In this document: positions 46,122-56,760 of the stretch, in pieces
How positions within the stretch are numbered: position 1 is the stretch's first letter
Layout of the letters: the number at the start of each line of letters is the position of its first letter
DNA from: Candidatus Omnitrophota bacterium
Lineage (GTDB): Bacteria; Omnitrophota; Gorgyraeia; Pluralincolimonadales; Pluralincolimonadaceae
Direction: 5' to 3'
Length of the DNA: 64,000 nt
NCBI GenBank assembly: GCA_041651455.1
Contig: JBAZJG010000004.1
Span: 8,848 to 72,847 of the forward strand
Position numbers and translations under genes: made by a program
The notes under the pieces: model-generated
Database searches by the model: none
What the model was told of the DNA's origin: nothing
What the model saw: only the letters and a program-made list of their open reading frames with translations

Positions 46122-47687
46122 CTACTTGGCCTTCGAGTACCAACCGGCCAGGACCTTCTCCGCGAGTTTCCCTTTTATCGGGAAACCCAGCGGGCTGTCC
46201 ACCTCCTGGGGGAATACATTCCACACGTAAAGCCCCGAAAACCACACCCGATTTGACATGACTGCCATAAGAGCGTCAAGGCAGTCAGCCTGCTCCCTCT
46301 GGTCCTCGGACTTAGATGTGACTTCCCACGGCCTTTTATTCGCGCCGTCCGCGCTGGCATACCCGGCTTCCGTAAAGATGACCGGCTTGTTTATGCCCTT
46401 CTTCTTCAAAAATTCCTCTATCTGATTCGCTTCCCTCTCCCACGCCCGTATGAGCTCTTCTTTAGCGGGATCGTTCTTGTTCGTGAGCGGGAAGTAAGCG
46501 TCTATCCCCATGAAGTCCAGGTCGTTCCAGAACGGCACATACTTATACTCGTCCCAGTTCGCGGCGTATGTTATGGGCCCTTTATATATGTCCCTTACGT
46601 CCTTTATGATCTTCCGCCATTCAGGCTCCCACTTTGTCGGGGTACCCGAAAGTTCCGTACCTATACAGAAGAGCTCGACGTTGAACTTCGCGGCGAACTT
46701 TGCATATTTCAATATGAACTCCCTGTAATTCCTGAACCACTCCTCCTCGCCGGGAATATCCCCGCGGAACTCGCCCGACTGGACATCCACGTGGGGCTTC
46801 AGCATCACTTTCAGCCCGAGAGAATGCGCCTTGTTTATCGCATGGCTTAACGCCTCGTCGCGCGGCGTCCTGCCGCTCTGCGGGTCCGGGGAGATCGTCA
46901 TCGATTCGAGCGTATCCTGGTACCAGGTCACGATTATGCATACATGCCCGACATTAAGCGTCTTCAGGTATTCGAGCATCGCGTCGGATCCCTTCAGGGC
47001 GAGGTCCACTTCATTATAAGAAGTGAAATTGACCCCCTTCTGGAATTCGCCCGCGGCTATCGTGCCGGGGGATGCTGCGGGTTCTTCCATCACGAGCACG
47101 ACTTCCTCGCGCGGCCTGCGGCCCGGGAAGACCTGCTCGACCGGCAGGTCGCCGGGATTGAGGTTGTCGGGGCCGTACACTTCCATCTCCCAGACCGAAA
47201 TGCCCCAATCGGGATTGGACCGCTTGAGGCCGGTAAGCTTCAGGTATTGCGCGGTCGTCTTCGGTATGCGCACGGGCTCCCTCTCGCCTTTGCCTTCCTT
47301 CACCGAGGCTATCGTCTTCCACTGCATCGCGTCGTCGGAGGCCTGGAGCTCGTATTCCTTCGCGTACGCGCGCTCCCAGTATATTATGATATCGGTCATC
47401 GTCTTCTGTTTCCCGAAATCATAATATATCCATTCGTTGTCCTTGCCCATCTCCGAGGACCAGCGCGTGTTGAAGTCGCCGTCCGCCGCGGCCATCGGGT
47501 TCGGGTCGGGCGCCCATTCGCTGTCATCGAACGACGAAGCGGCTGCGGCCGCGGGCTTCAGGTAGACCGGCTTCGCGCATGCGTCTTCCGCCCCCGCGGT
47601 TGCCGCGGCAAAAAAAGGCGACGCTATAACTGCGGCCGCGGCGATATATGCTAAAAACGTCTTTAGACGGCGATCTTCGTTTCCCAT
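46122..47687 (-). CDS. Secreted discoidin (F5/8 type C) domain - TIM-barrel glycoside hydrolase fusion (paralog of 44241..45434 catalytic domain)
   Basis: Signal peptide, discoidin signature (AADGDFNTRWSS...WIYYDFGK), then GLKVMLKPHVD, FCIGTEL, GPITYAANW, GIDAYFPL, FTEAGY. Track start 47720. The ATG at 47687 (MGNEDRR) has AAGGGAAG upstream and overlaps the upstream GH35-like gene by 25 nt. Confidence 0.5.
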   Translation of the reverse strand: MGNEDRRLKTFLAYIAAAAVIASPFFAAATAGAEDACAKPVYLKPAAAAASSFDDSEWAPDPNPMAAADGDFNTRWSSEMGKDNEWIYYDFGKQKTMTDIIIYWERAYAKEYELQASDDAMQWKTIASVKEGKGEREPVRIPKTTAQYLKLTGLKRSNPDWGISVWEMEVYGPDNLNPGDLPVEQVFPGRRPREEVVLVMEEPAASPGTIAAGEFQKGVNFTSYNEVDLALKGSDAMLEYLKTLNVGHVCIIVTWYQDTLESMTISPDPQSGRTPRDEALSHAINKAHSLGLKVMLKPHVDVQSGEFRGDIPGEEEWFRNYREFILKYAKFAAKFNVELFCIGTELSGTPTKWEPEWRKIIKDVRDIYKGPITYAANWDEYKYVPFWNDLDFMGIDAYFPLTNKNDPAKEELIRAWEREANQIEEFLKKKGINKPVIFTEAGYASADGANKRPWEVTSKSEDQREQADCLDALMAVMSNRVWFSGLYVWNVFPQEVDSPLGFPIKGKLAEKVLAGWYSKAK

Positions 47688-49729
47688 TTCTTCCCTTTCC
47701 TGTAAGCGAGGATGTCGCATGACCTTTCCGCCCTGAACGCGTCCTTGCCGAACGATGCCGCCGGCACTACGGACGTGCCGTTCATCTCGTTTATCCCCTT
47801 TATGAACAGCGAATCGATCTTGCCGCCCTTGACCTTCATTACCGCAACCGACTTATCCGGCACCGTCACGCTGGCTTTTATCCCGTTGTAGGTGAAATAC
47901 CTCGGGCCGGCATTCGACGACAGGTTCAGCACGAAGAAGAATTGTGTCTTCCTTGTCTGGTCGTCATAGGCCCACACCTGTGTCTCGGGATCGTTGACCG
48001 AGAGCTTGCCGTGGTAACGGCCGAGCAGACCGCCTATATCCTCGGTCCTCAGGACGCAGAAGCTCTTCTTCTGCAGTATCCTGCAATCCCTGAAATCCTC
48101 GTCGAGCCGCGGCGTCTCGCCGATGAATATGACCTTGCCGCCGGCCGACGCGTAGGCGGTGAGTTTCCGCTGCGTCTTCTCGTCCATGAAGAAACCGCCG
48201 TGCAGGACGACAAACTTATGGCGTTTCAACTCGGACAACGGCGCCTTCTCGATGTTCACGATATGGAAATCGATGTTCCTGTCGCGCAGCACGCGCTGTA
48301 TCCTGTCGAGCCCCTCGTATCCGCACTTTACCGGCTCGATATGCATGCCGTCCCAGTCCTCTTTCGGGATGTCCCATGCGGCCAGGTACGCGTAGGGCGG
48401 GTAGAAGCCCCATGCTATCGGCGTATCGGGGACGCATTTCAGGAACGCGGGGCCTTCGGTCTCGAAGAAATGCGATATGAGGCTCAATACCTCGTATTTC
48501 TTCGTCAATGAGCCGTCCTCTTTAATCGGGGACGAATCCGGATAGGGCCGCTCGTGCTGGCTGTCTATCGAATCGTCCCAGGAAGCGGTATTGACGGCGG
48601 TATATACGTTGAAGCCCGTGGCGCCGTTAGCGATAGCTAACATCGTCTCGAACGTACAGACGACCGGGTACTGGAAATGCTGATCGTAGAGCTTAGAGAA
48701 CCCCCAGTTCTCCTCGAAATTTATCCCCCTGCTGCGTTTCGAGAGGATGCTGTAACGGTCGAACGACGAGCGGTCCTCGGAGACCGGCCTGAGCCAGTTC
48801 GTGAAACCGTAATGTATGACCGGCCAGTTCTCGGGGATCACGCGAGTGAGCCAGTGGTCCAACGCCCTGCCTTCCGAAGGCGGGTTTATATTTATGACTA
48901 TCGGCAGCTTGCCGTGCACGACCTCGGAGAACTCGGTATATATGAGCCTCATGTACTCCGACTGCCAGCGCGACCAGTCGAGGTAGTCCTTCAGGTCGGA
49001 CAATTTCTTCACTGTATGCAGCCTCCTCGGCGCCCTCACGCCGCTGCGTTTCGCGAACTTCCTGTAAAGGCCTAGGGCGGAATCCGAATAATCGTAATCG
49101 GTTATCCGTGCGGGCCCGTTCGAATAGAGCCCTTCGTTGCAGACCTGCACCGCGATTATGTTCCCCGCGGGATATATATTGTCCTTTATGAGGTTGTTAT
49201 ATACCGTCCTGTACCATTCCTTGGTCATCGACTTGAACTTCGGGCACAGCGGCGCCGGCATGGGCCTGCCGTATGTCCCGGGCTTGCGGAACGGGTCGAG
49301 CATGATCTCGCCTTTGTTGTTCGGGAAGGTCTCGATGCCGGACCCCTTCTCCGCGGCCGCCCAGTCCGGCAGGCCGCCGAAAGTAAGCTCGGCATGTATG
49401 AAGGGGCCGGGTTTCACCACGGCCCACAGCCCGTTCTTCCTGCACAGTTCGAGGAAGAGTTTCACGTTGCGGTTGGACTGTGTCGTCCCGTCGAAATCCG
49501 CGGAGAACTTCTCCCCGTCCCTGCGCATATGATGGCGCCACGGCGTATAGAAAGTCACCGCGTCAATTCCCGCGCCCTTGATCTTCTTCAGGCGGTCGTC
49601 CCAGTTCGCCGCGTCATCGCGGTAATACGGGTAATCCGCCGTCACGAGGAACAACGGCTCGTTCCCGAGATAGAATATGCCCTCTTTTATCTGCGCCTTC
49701 TTCGTCATTTTACCCTTAACCTTCCCCAT
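47663..49729 (-). CDS. GH35-like glycoside hydrolase (second beta-galactosidase-family enzyme), cytoplasmic
   Basis: 688 aa: ADYPYYRDDAANWDDRLKKIKGAGIDAVTFYTPWRHH and GPFIHAELTFGGLPDW and QVCNEGLY parallel the GH35 motifs of 15822..18590. Confidence 0.65.
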   Translation of the reverse strand: MGKVKGKMTKKAQIKEGIFYLGNEPLFLVTADYPYYRDDAANWDDRLKKIKGAGIDAVTFYTPWRHHMRRDGEKFSADFDGTTQSNRNVKLFLELCRKNGLWAVVKPGPFIHAELTFGGLPDWAAAEKGSGIETFPNNKGEIMLDPFRKPGTYGRPMPAPLCPKFKSMTKEWYRTVYNNLIKDNIYPAGNIIAVQVCNEGLYSNGPARITDYDYSDSALGLYRKFAKRSGVRAPRRLHTVKKLSDLKDYLDWSRWQSEYMRLIYTEFSEVVHGKLPIVININPPSEGRALDHWLTRVIPENWPVIHYGFTNWLRPVSEDRSSFDRYSILSKRSRGINFEENWGFSKLYDQHFQYPVVCTFETMLAIANGATGFNVYTAVNTASWDDSIDSQHERPYPDSSPIKEDGSLTKKYEVLSLISHFFETEGPAFLKCVPDTPIAWGFYPPYAYLAAWDIPKEDWDGMHIEPVKCGYEGLDRIQRVLRDRNIDFHIVNIEKAPLSELKRHKFVVLHGGFFMDEKTQRKLTAYASAGGKVIFIGETPRLDEDFRDCRILQKKSFCVLRTEDIGGLLGRYHGKLSVNDPETQVWAYDDQTRKTQFFFVLNLSSNAGPRYFTYNGIKASVTVPDKSVAVMKVKGGKIDSLFIKGINEMNGTSVVPAASFGKDAFRAERSCDILAYRKGKKWETKIAV

Positions 49730-52128
49730 TGGGTCGCATCATCCTCCTGTTTGCCCGACCATATGATGTGCCGCCATTCGCCTTTTGCGCTGTCCTTGTC
49801 CGTCACGGAAAAATTCACTCCGAGGACCTTGCCTTCCTGCAATTCGAGCCCGTTGACCGCGCGGACAGGTATCGCCGCTTCTATCGTATATCCGCCCTTC
49901 CTCGCGCCGGATACCGTTTTTGACGCGGCCTTTATCGCGTCTGCAAGCGGCCTCGTGTTGATGTTCCTGTATACGTATACGCCCGCCTTTCCGTCTTTCG
50001 TGAGCGGCGCGATGTTTATCTGGTAACAGCCGGGATTGAACGGCATATTATTGAACACGTCGGCGTCGCCGCGGGCGTCGATCCAGAGCTCCGCCCCGTC
50101 GTCGCGCCATATATCCACCCCGCTCTGGTTCCCTATGACCGCCTCATCATCTACCACGGCGGCAAAATAAAGGTTCTCCTTATCGTAGAGCATGTAAAAC
50201 CTGGCGGAACCCTTGTCGACCGATGCGACCTGCTCGTCCCCGAAATTCGATATATACCATTCCGAAAGGTCGCCGTCCACTTTAATATGCTGCCTTGTTT
50301 TTTTCAGGACGACTTCTTTGCGCGTAAAACCTATAGGCGCGGGGGTCGTATCCGCCAGCGCCGCCTTCTTGCCGCTCGATGCCTTCATCTCCGTCTGCGT
50401 TATCTTTACGGCCATATCCCTCCTGAAGCCGGGCAATACCACATCGAGGCCGTTATCATCGGATGTTATCTCGCACCTTTCCACGACGGCGCCTTTCCAG
50501 GTGTCCCAGAATTCGACAGAATATTTGCCCTTGTCCATCCAGTTTATCCGCAGAGAAGCGTCCTTGATCAGCGGGGGCTCGGGCCTGCCGGCCTCATACT
50601 TCGTCCACTTCGGGTCGAAGACCCAGGCGAAGCCCTCTTTATTGTTCATCAGGCCTATCGCGAAGACAGGCGATATGAGGCCGTCCGCCTCGGCGAGCAC
50701 CCGGGCTGTAGATGTCCTGTAGCCCTTCCCGCGCCGGTCGACGCCCTTGTTGAACTCGCTCAAGGCCGCCCAATGGTAATACAGGTTCTTCGGGTGTATG
50801 TAGCTGTCCCACCACCACGGCATCGCGCTGCCTCCGCATGCGAGCATATATTCGGACCATAACGCGGAATGCAGGTATGCGCCTTCGACGTCCTTCTTGT
50901 CGACGCCGTCGGCGGAGTCGGTCCCGATCTCGCCCATGAAATATGGCTTATCGAACTGCCCCATGAGCCTGTAAGCGCCTATTACCGCGGAGACGACATC
51001 CTGCGTATACATATGGAACTGCGTGAAATCTATCTCCGGGACCTCCCATACCTTCCTGTTGAAACCGTAATCATGGAAGGTGCCGGCATAGCTTGTCGTT
51101 ATAAGGTGCTTGTGCGGGTCCGTATCCTTTATATAACCTGCCATCTCCTTGTGCCATGCGGCGTCGGTCCCGGGGTCGAGGTTGTCCACGAAAGTTATCT
51201 CGTTCCAGAGCTCCCACGCCATTATATTCGGGCTGTATCCCCAGCGCGCGATTATGTAGCGCATCCTGTCCTTGAAATATTTTTTCGCTTTCGCGTCGGT
51301 AAAGAAATCCTCCGGTTCCTTGCACGGCCCGCCGTTCTTCGCGTTGTAAGGGTTATCGTCCCATTGCGGGTTGACCTTCGTGCTCAGCTGCCCGTGGTGG
51401 TTAATTACGAGCTGGAAATACAGCCCGTATTCCCTGGCGAGGTCCACTATCTTATCGAGCTTCCCGGCCTTTTCGAGGTTATACTTCCCGAGTCCCCTGT
51501 AACCGGAGCCCTTCGTCCATTCGAGGCCCGCCTCCCAGTCCGACATCCATATCCTCGTCCAGTTGCCGCCGGCCTTCTGCATCTGCGCGAAATACTTCTT
51601 GAAGTTCGGCAGCGACGCCCAGCATATGTTCTCCCCGAAAGGATAATAGAACTCCCCGTTCGTGAACTCGAAATATTCCGGGTCCGAAGCGCATACCTTC
51701 ACGAAACCCCTGCCCTTCGACGGGACGCATTTGAACGTCCCCGGGGCGGACTTGTCCTCCGCTCCCGCGGCCTTTAACCGCAGGATGTACTTCCATTCAC
51801 CCTCCTCGTCCGGCGATAACCTGACCTTCCATACCGGTGAAGTATAATTCAACTGCGCGTCCTGGCTCGCGGAATATTCTGCGGAATAAAGAAACCCGGG
51901 CATGACCAAGGTCCTGCCTGAAGGGCTCGTGAACTCCGCGGACAGGTCGACTTCCTCGGGGTTAAAGGGGTTTTTGTACGGCGCCTCGATGGCGGCCGTC
52001 AGTTCGAACTTCTCGAACTTCGGGACTTCGGCCGTGTCCTGCGAGACGGAAACGATCGAGACCGCCGCGCAGGCCGTCCCGGACGCCATGAGCAAAAAAG
52101 CCGCCGCTGCCATAATGGTTTTCATCAA
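49705..52128 (-). CDS. Secreted glycoside hydrolase family 5 enzyme with C-terminal CBM9-like domain (paralog of 39550..42381)
   Basis: 807 aa, signal peptide, GH5 core with WELWNEI, about 70-80 percent nucleotide similarity to the other GH5 over the barrel. C-terminal DGDLSEWY...ARFYMLYDKENLYFAAVVDD...DIWRDDGAELWIDARGD resembles the family-9 carbohydrate-binding module. Confidence 0.7.
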   Translation of the reverse strand: MMKTIMAAAAFLLMASGTACAAVSIVSVSQDTAEVPKFEKFELTAAIEAPYKNPFNPEEVDLSAEFTSPSGRTLVMPGFLYSAEYSASQDAQLNYTSPVWKVRLSPDEEGEWKYILRLKAAGAEDKSAPGTFKCVPSKGRGFVKVCASDPEYFEFTNGEFYYPFGENICWASLPNFKKYFAQMQKAGGNWTRIWMSDWEAGLEWTKGSGYRGLGKYNLEKAGKLDKIVDLAREYGLYFQLVINHHGQLSTKVNPQWDDNPYNAKNGGPCKEPEDFFTDAKAKKYFKDRMRYIIARWGYSPNIMAWELWNEITFVDNLDPGTDAAWHKEMAGYIKDTDPHKHLITTSYAGTFHDYGFNRKVWEVPEIDFTQFHMYTQDVVSAVIGAYRLMGQFDKPYFMGEIGTDSADGVDKKDVEGAYLHSALWSEYMLACGGSAMPWWWDSYIHPKNLYYHWAALSEFNKGVDRRGKGYRTSTARVLAEADGLISPVFAIGLMNNKEGFAWVFDPKWTKYEAGRPEPPLIKDASLRINWMDKGKYSVEFWDTWKGAVVERCEITSDDNGLDVVLPGFRRDMAVKITQTEMKASSGKKAALADTTPAPIGFTRKEVVLKKTRQHIKVDGDLSEWYISNFGDEQVASVDKGSARFYMLYDKENLYFAAVVDDEAVIGNQSGVDIWRDDGAELWIDARGDADVFNNMPFNPGCYQINIAPLTKDGKAGVYVYRNINTRPLADAIKAASKTVSGARKGGYTIEAAIPVRAVNGLELQEGKVLGVNFSVTDKDSAKGEWRHIIWSGKQEDDATQWGRLRVK

Positions 52129-52148
52129 GACCCCTTGCTATCTACCTT

Positions 52149-52715
52149 TTATTTGAACCTGATATTGTCTATGTAGACCGTCAAGCCCTTCATCTTCTTC
52201 GGGTGCTGGACGAGTATGAACACCTTGCTTATGTCGCTCCTGTCGGCAAGCGGTACCGAGTTCTTCCAGTCGCTCGCCTTGCACTTGAAGTCCTTGGCGC
52301 CGAGGTCGAACTTGACGTCCTTGTTCCACCCCTGGTTCAGGAGCCTGTTGCCGGTCTCGTAATATTCGCCGCTCGTATCGAACGCGACCGCTACGGAGAC
52401 GCCCGAAGGCGCGTCGGTATATATGTCCATATACATGTCCGCGGCGGAGAGGTCGAGGGAAGCGTCCCTCGATATGACGAACCTGTTCTTCCAGTCCTCG
52501 GACTCGTCCTTCGCGACGGCCTTCAGCGATTGCTTGCCTTCCGAGGCCTTATCCGCGCTGATAGTCATCATGACGCCGCCAACGTTATCCCAGTTCTCCG
52601 AATTCCAGTCGTTCGCGCCTTCGAAACTGTCGAACAGTTTTTCTTCCGCATGGGTAGAGGCATACATGAACAATATTACCGCCGCCAGCACCGCAAAGAA
52701 CGCCGCCTTCTTCAT
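52149..52715 (-). CDS. Small secreted CBM_4_9-like beta-sandwich protein (paralog S2)
   Basis: 188 aa, signal peptide, LFDSFEGANDWNSENW start, C-terminal VYIDNIRFK. Confidence 0.5.
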   Translation of the reverse strand: MKKAAFFAVLAAVILFMYASTHAEEKLFDSFEGANDWNSENWDNVGGVMMTISADKASEGKQSLKAVAKDESEDWKNRFVISRDASLDLSAADMYMDIYTDAPSGVSVAVAFDTSGEYYETGNRLLNQGWNKDVKFDLGAKDFKCKASDWKNSVPLADRSDISKVFILVQHPKKMKGLTVYIDNIRFK

Positions 52716-52726
52716 CTCGATTCCCC

Positions 52727-53302
52727 TTATTTTATCCTTATGTTATCGATATACACCGTATCCTTGGCCATTTTTACCGGCCGGTAAACGAGCACGTAGA
52801 ATTCCCCCACGCTCCCCTTACCCGCCAACGGCACGGAATACTTCCAGTCGCTCGCCTTGCACTTGTAATCCGGCGAGTTCAGGTCGAAAGAGATGTCCTT
52901 GGTCCATCCCTTACCGGCCTGCTTCCTGGCCGACTCGTAATACACCCAGCCCTCACCCGTCCTGAAACCTATCGCTATCTCTATGCCCGCGGCTTCCTTA
53001 TTATAGACATCGATAAGGATCGCGCTGTCTTTCGACATATCTATGCCGCCCGTCTCCTTGAAGAACGCGACCTTGTTCTTCCATTCCGTCGCTTCCTCCC
53101 TCACGACCACCTTCAGCGACCTTTTACCTTGCGAAGCGTTCTCGGCCGCGGCCTCGAGGTTCACCTGCCCGGTGTTCTCCCAGTCGACCCCGTACCAATA
53201 GCTCTCGCCCTCGAACCCCTCCAGGAGGACTTCTCCTGCCCGCGCGCACGGGGCGCACATCAACGATACTGCGGAGATCACTAATATAAGCGCTGCCTTC
53301 AT
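52727..53302 (-). CDS. Small secreted CBM_4_9-like beta-sandwich protein (paralog S3)
   Basis: 191 aa, signal peptide, LLEGFEGESYWYGVDW start, C-terminal VYIDNIRIK. ATGA start/stop overlap with S4. Confidence 0.5.
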   Translation of the reverse strand: MKAALILVISAVSLMCAPCARAGEVLLEGFEGESYWYGVDWENTGQVNLEAAAENASQGKRSLKVVVREEATEWKNKVAFFKETGGIDMSKDSAILIDVYNKEAAGIEIAIGFRTGEGWVYYESARKQAGKGWTKDISFDLNSPDYKCKASDWKYSVPLAGKGSVGEFYVLVYRPVKMAKDTVYIDNIRIK

Positions 53303-53883
53303 ACCGGGTCCCTCTGCCCTATCCTTATGTTATCTATGTAGATCGTCTGCTCCGAAACGACATTCGACGGCCTGTATATGACTATATGCATCTTCGTTAT
53401 GTTGCTCTTGTCGGATATCGGCTTCTCGAATTTCCAGTCGCTCGCCTCGCACTTGAAATTGTTCCCTGAGAGGTCGAACGTCACGTCCCTGTTCCATCCG
53501 CCCTTGAGCGGCTTCTTGACCGACTCGAAATACGCGCCCTTGTCGCCGACATCGAACCCAATCGATACCGCGAGCCCGTCGTCGGAGGCGCAATAGATGT
53601 CCATCTTCACGCCTGCCGAATTCGAAAGGTTGAGGTATCCTTCCCTTGATATGCCTACCTTCTCCCTGTCGGTCTTCTTCTCCCGGTTCATCGTCACCTT
53701 CAGCGACTTGCCGCCCTCGGAGAAGTACTCTTTCGACACCTGTATCTTGCCGCGTCCGGAGTTGCGCCATTCGACCATGACCCAGTTGTTCTTGCCCTCG
53801 AAACCTTCCCACACGATGCCGTCCGCCAAAGCCAAAGAACAGAATGCCATTACACAGGCACAAAGAACGATGCGCTCCTTCAT
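53299..53883 (-). CDS. Small secreted CBM_4_9-like beta-sandwich protein (paralog S4)
   Basis: 194 aa, signal peptide, IVWEGFEGKNNWVMVEW start, C-terminal IYIDNIRIGQRDPV. Confidence 0.5.
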   Translation of the reverse strand: MKERIVLCACVMAFCSLALADGIVWEGFEGKNNWVMVEWRNSGRGKIQVSKEYFSEGGKSLKVTMNREKKTDREKVGISREGYLNLSNSAGVKMDIYCASDDGLAVSIGFDVGDKGAYFESVKKPLKGGWNRDVTFDLSGNNFKCEASDWKFEKPISDKSNITKMHIVIYRPSNVVSEQTIYIDNIRIGQRDPV

Positions 53884-53901
53884 CGTTTAGGCCCCCTCCC
53901 G

Positions 53902-55011
53902 TTACTTGAGCGCCTTGCAGGATTTCCTGACGACGAGTTCCGTCGCCACGACTATCTTCTCGGCGCGCTTGTTGCTGTTCTTGATCCTCTGTATGAGCCT
54001 TTTGACGCCGGTCCTGCCCATCTCTTCCTTTTGGACGCGCACGGTTGTCAGGGGCGGATGTATCTGCTGGCTCATGTCTATATCGTCGAAGCCCGCGATG
54101 CTCATGTCATCCGGGATCTTGAGGCCTTTATCCTGTATCGCCGCCATCGCGCGGACCGCCATCAGGTCGTTGCACGCGAATATCGCGGTAGGCATCCCGC
54201 TGTGGGGCAGGCGGAACATCTTCTCCATGATGCCGTAGCCGTTCCAGAGCAGGCCCGTCTGGACAAGGTCTTCGCTGAACTCGAGATGGTTCTTCTTGAG
54301 CCCCGCCTTATATCCCTCGAACCTCTCCATGAACGAACCGTGCTCGAGCGTAGCGCCGAGGAACCCTATCTTCTCGTGGCCGAGGTCGGCGAGATACCTT
54401 ATCATCTCCCCGGCACCCTTCATGTTATCGGTCACCACGGAATCGAGCCCGGAGTTCTCTATGAAATGGTCCACGAGGACTATCGGTATATCTTTTGATT
54501 TCAGGTTGGATACGAAACTGTGGGACATCTCCCCGGTAAGTATGAGGCCGTCTACTTTCCTTTCCTCGATCAGCTTGAACGTAGAGGGATCGAACATCAA
54601 TTTCTCGTCAAGGACCTGGTAGATCAGGTTGTAACCGTGCGCGCGCGCCTCTTCCTCGACGCCGGCAAACAAGTAGGAATAGAATGTGTTCGAGAATATC
54701 GGGTGGTGCTCGCGGGATATCACGAATCCGATGTTATCGGTCTTAAGTTTCGATATGCTCCTCGACCCCTGTTCGGGCCCGGAGACGAATGTGCCTTTCC
54801 CGGGTATCCTGTAAAGCACACCCTCATTGACCAGCTCAAATATCGCCTTGCGGACGGTTATCTGGCTTATGCCATGCTGTTCGCAGAACTCCTTCTCGGA
54901 GGATACGAGTTCTCCCGGTTTCTTCTCGCCGCTCTTTATCTGGTTCTCTATCACCCTCTTGAGCTGCTTGTACAGCGGGACAGGGGAGTTCTTTTCGACA
55001 GAATCTTTCAT
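53902..55011 (-). CDS. Transcriptional regulator with GntR-type HTH fused to a LacI/PBP-type sugar-binding domain (AraR-like architecture)
   Basis: N-terminal VPLYKQLKRVIENQI...ISQITVRKAIFELVNEGVLYRIPGKGTFV (GntR HTH), then IGFVISREHH...DGLILTG... periplasmic-binding-like core. Heads the S4-S3-S2-GH5-GH35-...-GH5 block. Confidence 0.75.
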   Translation of the reverse strand: MKDSVEKNSPVPLYKQLKRVIENQIKSGEKKPGELVSSEKEFCEQHGISQITVRKAIFELVNEGVLYRIPGKGTFVSGPEQGSRSISKLKTDNIGFVISREHHPIFSNTFYSYLFAGVEEEARAHGYNLIYQVLDEKLMFDPSTFKLIEERKVDGLILTGEMSHSFVSNLKSKDIPIVLVDHFIENSGLDSVVTDNMKGAGEMIRYLADLGHEKIGFLGATLEHGSFMERFEGYKAGLKKNHLEFSEDLVQTGLLWNGYGIMEKMFRLPHSGMPTAIFACNDLMAVRAMAAIQDKGLKIPDDMSIAGFDDIDMSQQIHPPLTTVRVQKEEMGRTGVKRLIQRIKNSNKRAEKIVVATELVVRKSCKALK

Positions 55012-55073
55012 CTTTCCGTCCTTATTTTGTAAAAATACGGTTAAAAACGATGGCTATATACCTTGGTATACTC

Positions 55074-55107
55074 GGTTATATTATATATCATAACCCGTCT
55101 TTGTCAA
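55074..55107 (-). promoter_or_regulatory. Sigma70-like promoter of the GntR/LacI-type regulator with an inverted repeat over the -10
   Basis: Minus strand TTGACA (55107..55102), 16-nt spacer, TATAAT. The hairpin GGTTAT-N10-ATAACC (55074..55095) overlaps the -10 and is a candidate autoregulatory operator. Confidence 0.35.
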
Positions 55108-55122
55108 GGGTTGAAATTGCGA

Positions 55123-56736
55123 TTATCGGGTAAAATCTACGGCTTTCTCTATATCATCTATACTGTTTACATCAAGCCAGTTCCCGTCGGTGTATATGAC
55201 ATCGACTTTATGGCCGTTCGAGGCGATCCTGTCCAGAAGGTCGGTGACGCTGTATTTCAGGAACCCTTTTTCCTTCCTAAGCTGCCCATAGGCCTCCTCT
55301 ATCCACCTCTTGCCCTCGAGGTTAGCCTTGAGCATGCCTATCCACTGCCCGTTTATCGCGCGCCGTTTAGAAAGGCCCAGCGCCCCGATAAGGCTGACGC
55401 GCGAGCCGGACGACCTCAAGTCGTCGGGCTCCGAACACTGCACGTAGTCGCCCTTCATCCCTTTCGCCAGTTTATGCGCGATATTGGAGTCGACCACTAT
55501 GCTAAGCGGATGCTCGGATTCAAGCAGGTTCCTTATTATGTATCGCCGGACTATGACATCCCCGTAGGTCACGATGGTATTCTCTTTTATGCGGCCTAGG
55601 ACAAGGCCGAGTGAGGCGAGGTCCATCGACCTCGAATATCCGGGATTCTTTATGATGTCTATTCCTTTTATCCTGATCGCCTCGGGCTTATAGCCCGCGA
55701 CGACGGTGATATCCTTTATGCCCTGTTCGTTGAGGTCTTCGACGAGCCTCTGTAATATGGGTTTCCCGGATATGCTTATCATGGCTTTCGGCTTCGACTC
55801 GGTAAGCCCGCCAAGCTCTTTTCCGCGGGAAGCGGCGAGGATGAGGGCGTTCGCCTTGCGGCTGAAGCGGTTAAGGTACTTCTCTTCCGCCTCAAGCAGA
55901 TCCTTTACTCCCTGCAGGCGGAACACTTCCGATACCGGCGCTATCCTGTCCTCAAGGCTTATTACGGCCTTTTCCTTCTGTATGATCCCGGCCGCGTTCT
56001 GCATCGCGCTTATCGAGCAGCGCAGCATATGGTTCGCCCAGATGACCACGCTTATCCCGTTCTTCCTGAACCGGCCGGCCGGCGTGCTGTAATATGTGGT
56101 CGGGACCACGATAAGCGGCAGGCGGTTCGCCCATTCCTTTGCGAAAGCGAAGACCTCGGAAGGATCGCTCCTCTTGCTGTGTATCAATATCGCGTCGGCG
56201 CCGGCGCCCTTATAGGCCTCTGCGCGCTTCAGGGCTTCGCCGAGCCCGAGGCCCGCGATCAGCGCCTCTATGCGCGCGACTATGCAGAAATCCCTGTCCT
56301 TCTGTGCGTCTTTCCCGGCCTTGATCTTGCCGCAAAATTCGTCTATATCGGCAAGCGCCTGGTCGCTGCTGCGGATAAAGCTGTTCGTCTTGGGGAAGAG
56401 CTTGTCCTCGATGCATACGCCGGCTATGCCGATCTGCTCGAGTTTCCTGACGAGCCTTTGCATGTTGTTGAAGTTGCCGTAGCCGGTGTCGCCGTCGAGG
56501 AGGATCGGTACCGAGGTCGCGTCGCTCATGAACTCGAGAATGTCCAGCACCTGGGTCCAGCTGAGCTCGTTATTGTCCCTGACGCCCATCGAGGCGGACA
56601 AGCACAGCCCGCTCGCCCATATGCCCTCAAAACCGGATTCCTCGGCGATCTTGGCGCTTATTGCGTTGTGGGCTTCAAGCAGGAACGACAGCTTCGGGTC
56701 TTTGAGCAGTCCTTTTAACCGGGTCGTTTTTTTCAT
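55123..56736 (-). CDS. pepM: Phosphoenolpyruvate phosphomutase (PepM) fused to a C-terminal LicC-like nucleotidyltransferase
   Basis: N-terminal ~290 aa ICL/PEPM fold with the PepM-specific EDKxxxxxNS motif ([15 protein letters not shown]) and DGDTGYG. C-terminal ~240 aa has [39 protein letters not shown], a LicC/choline-phosphate cytidylyltransferase-type nucleotide-binding motif. Confidence 0.75.
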   Translation of the reverse strand: MKKTTRLKGLLKDPKLSFLLEAHNAISAKIAEESGFEGIWASGLCLSASMGVRDNNELSWTQVLDILEFMSDATSVPILLDGDTGYGNFNNMQRLVRKLEQIGIAGVCIEDKLFPKTNSFIRSSDQALADIDEFCGKIKAGKDAQKDRDFCIVARIEALIAGLGLGEALKRAEAYKGAGADAILIHSKRSDPSEVFAFAKEWANRLPLIVVPTTYYSTPAGRFRKNGISVVIWANHMLRCSISAMQNAAGIIQKEKAVISLEDRIAPVSEVFRLQGVKDLLEAEEKYLNRFSRKANALILAASRGKELGGLTESKPKAMISISGKPILQRLVEDLNEQGIKDITVVAGYKPEAIRIKGIDIIKNPGYSRSMDLASLGLVLGRIKENTIVTYGDVIVRRYIIRNLLESEHPLSIVVDSNIAHKLAKGMKGDYVQCSEPDDLRSSGSRVSLIGALGLSKRRAINGQWIGMLKANLEGKRWIEEAYGQLRKEKGFLKYSVTDLLDRIASNGHKVDVIYTDGNWLDVNSIDDIEKAVDFTR

Positions 56737-56760
56737 GGCGGCGCTTTCATGCAGAAAATT

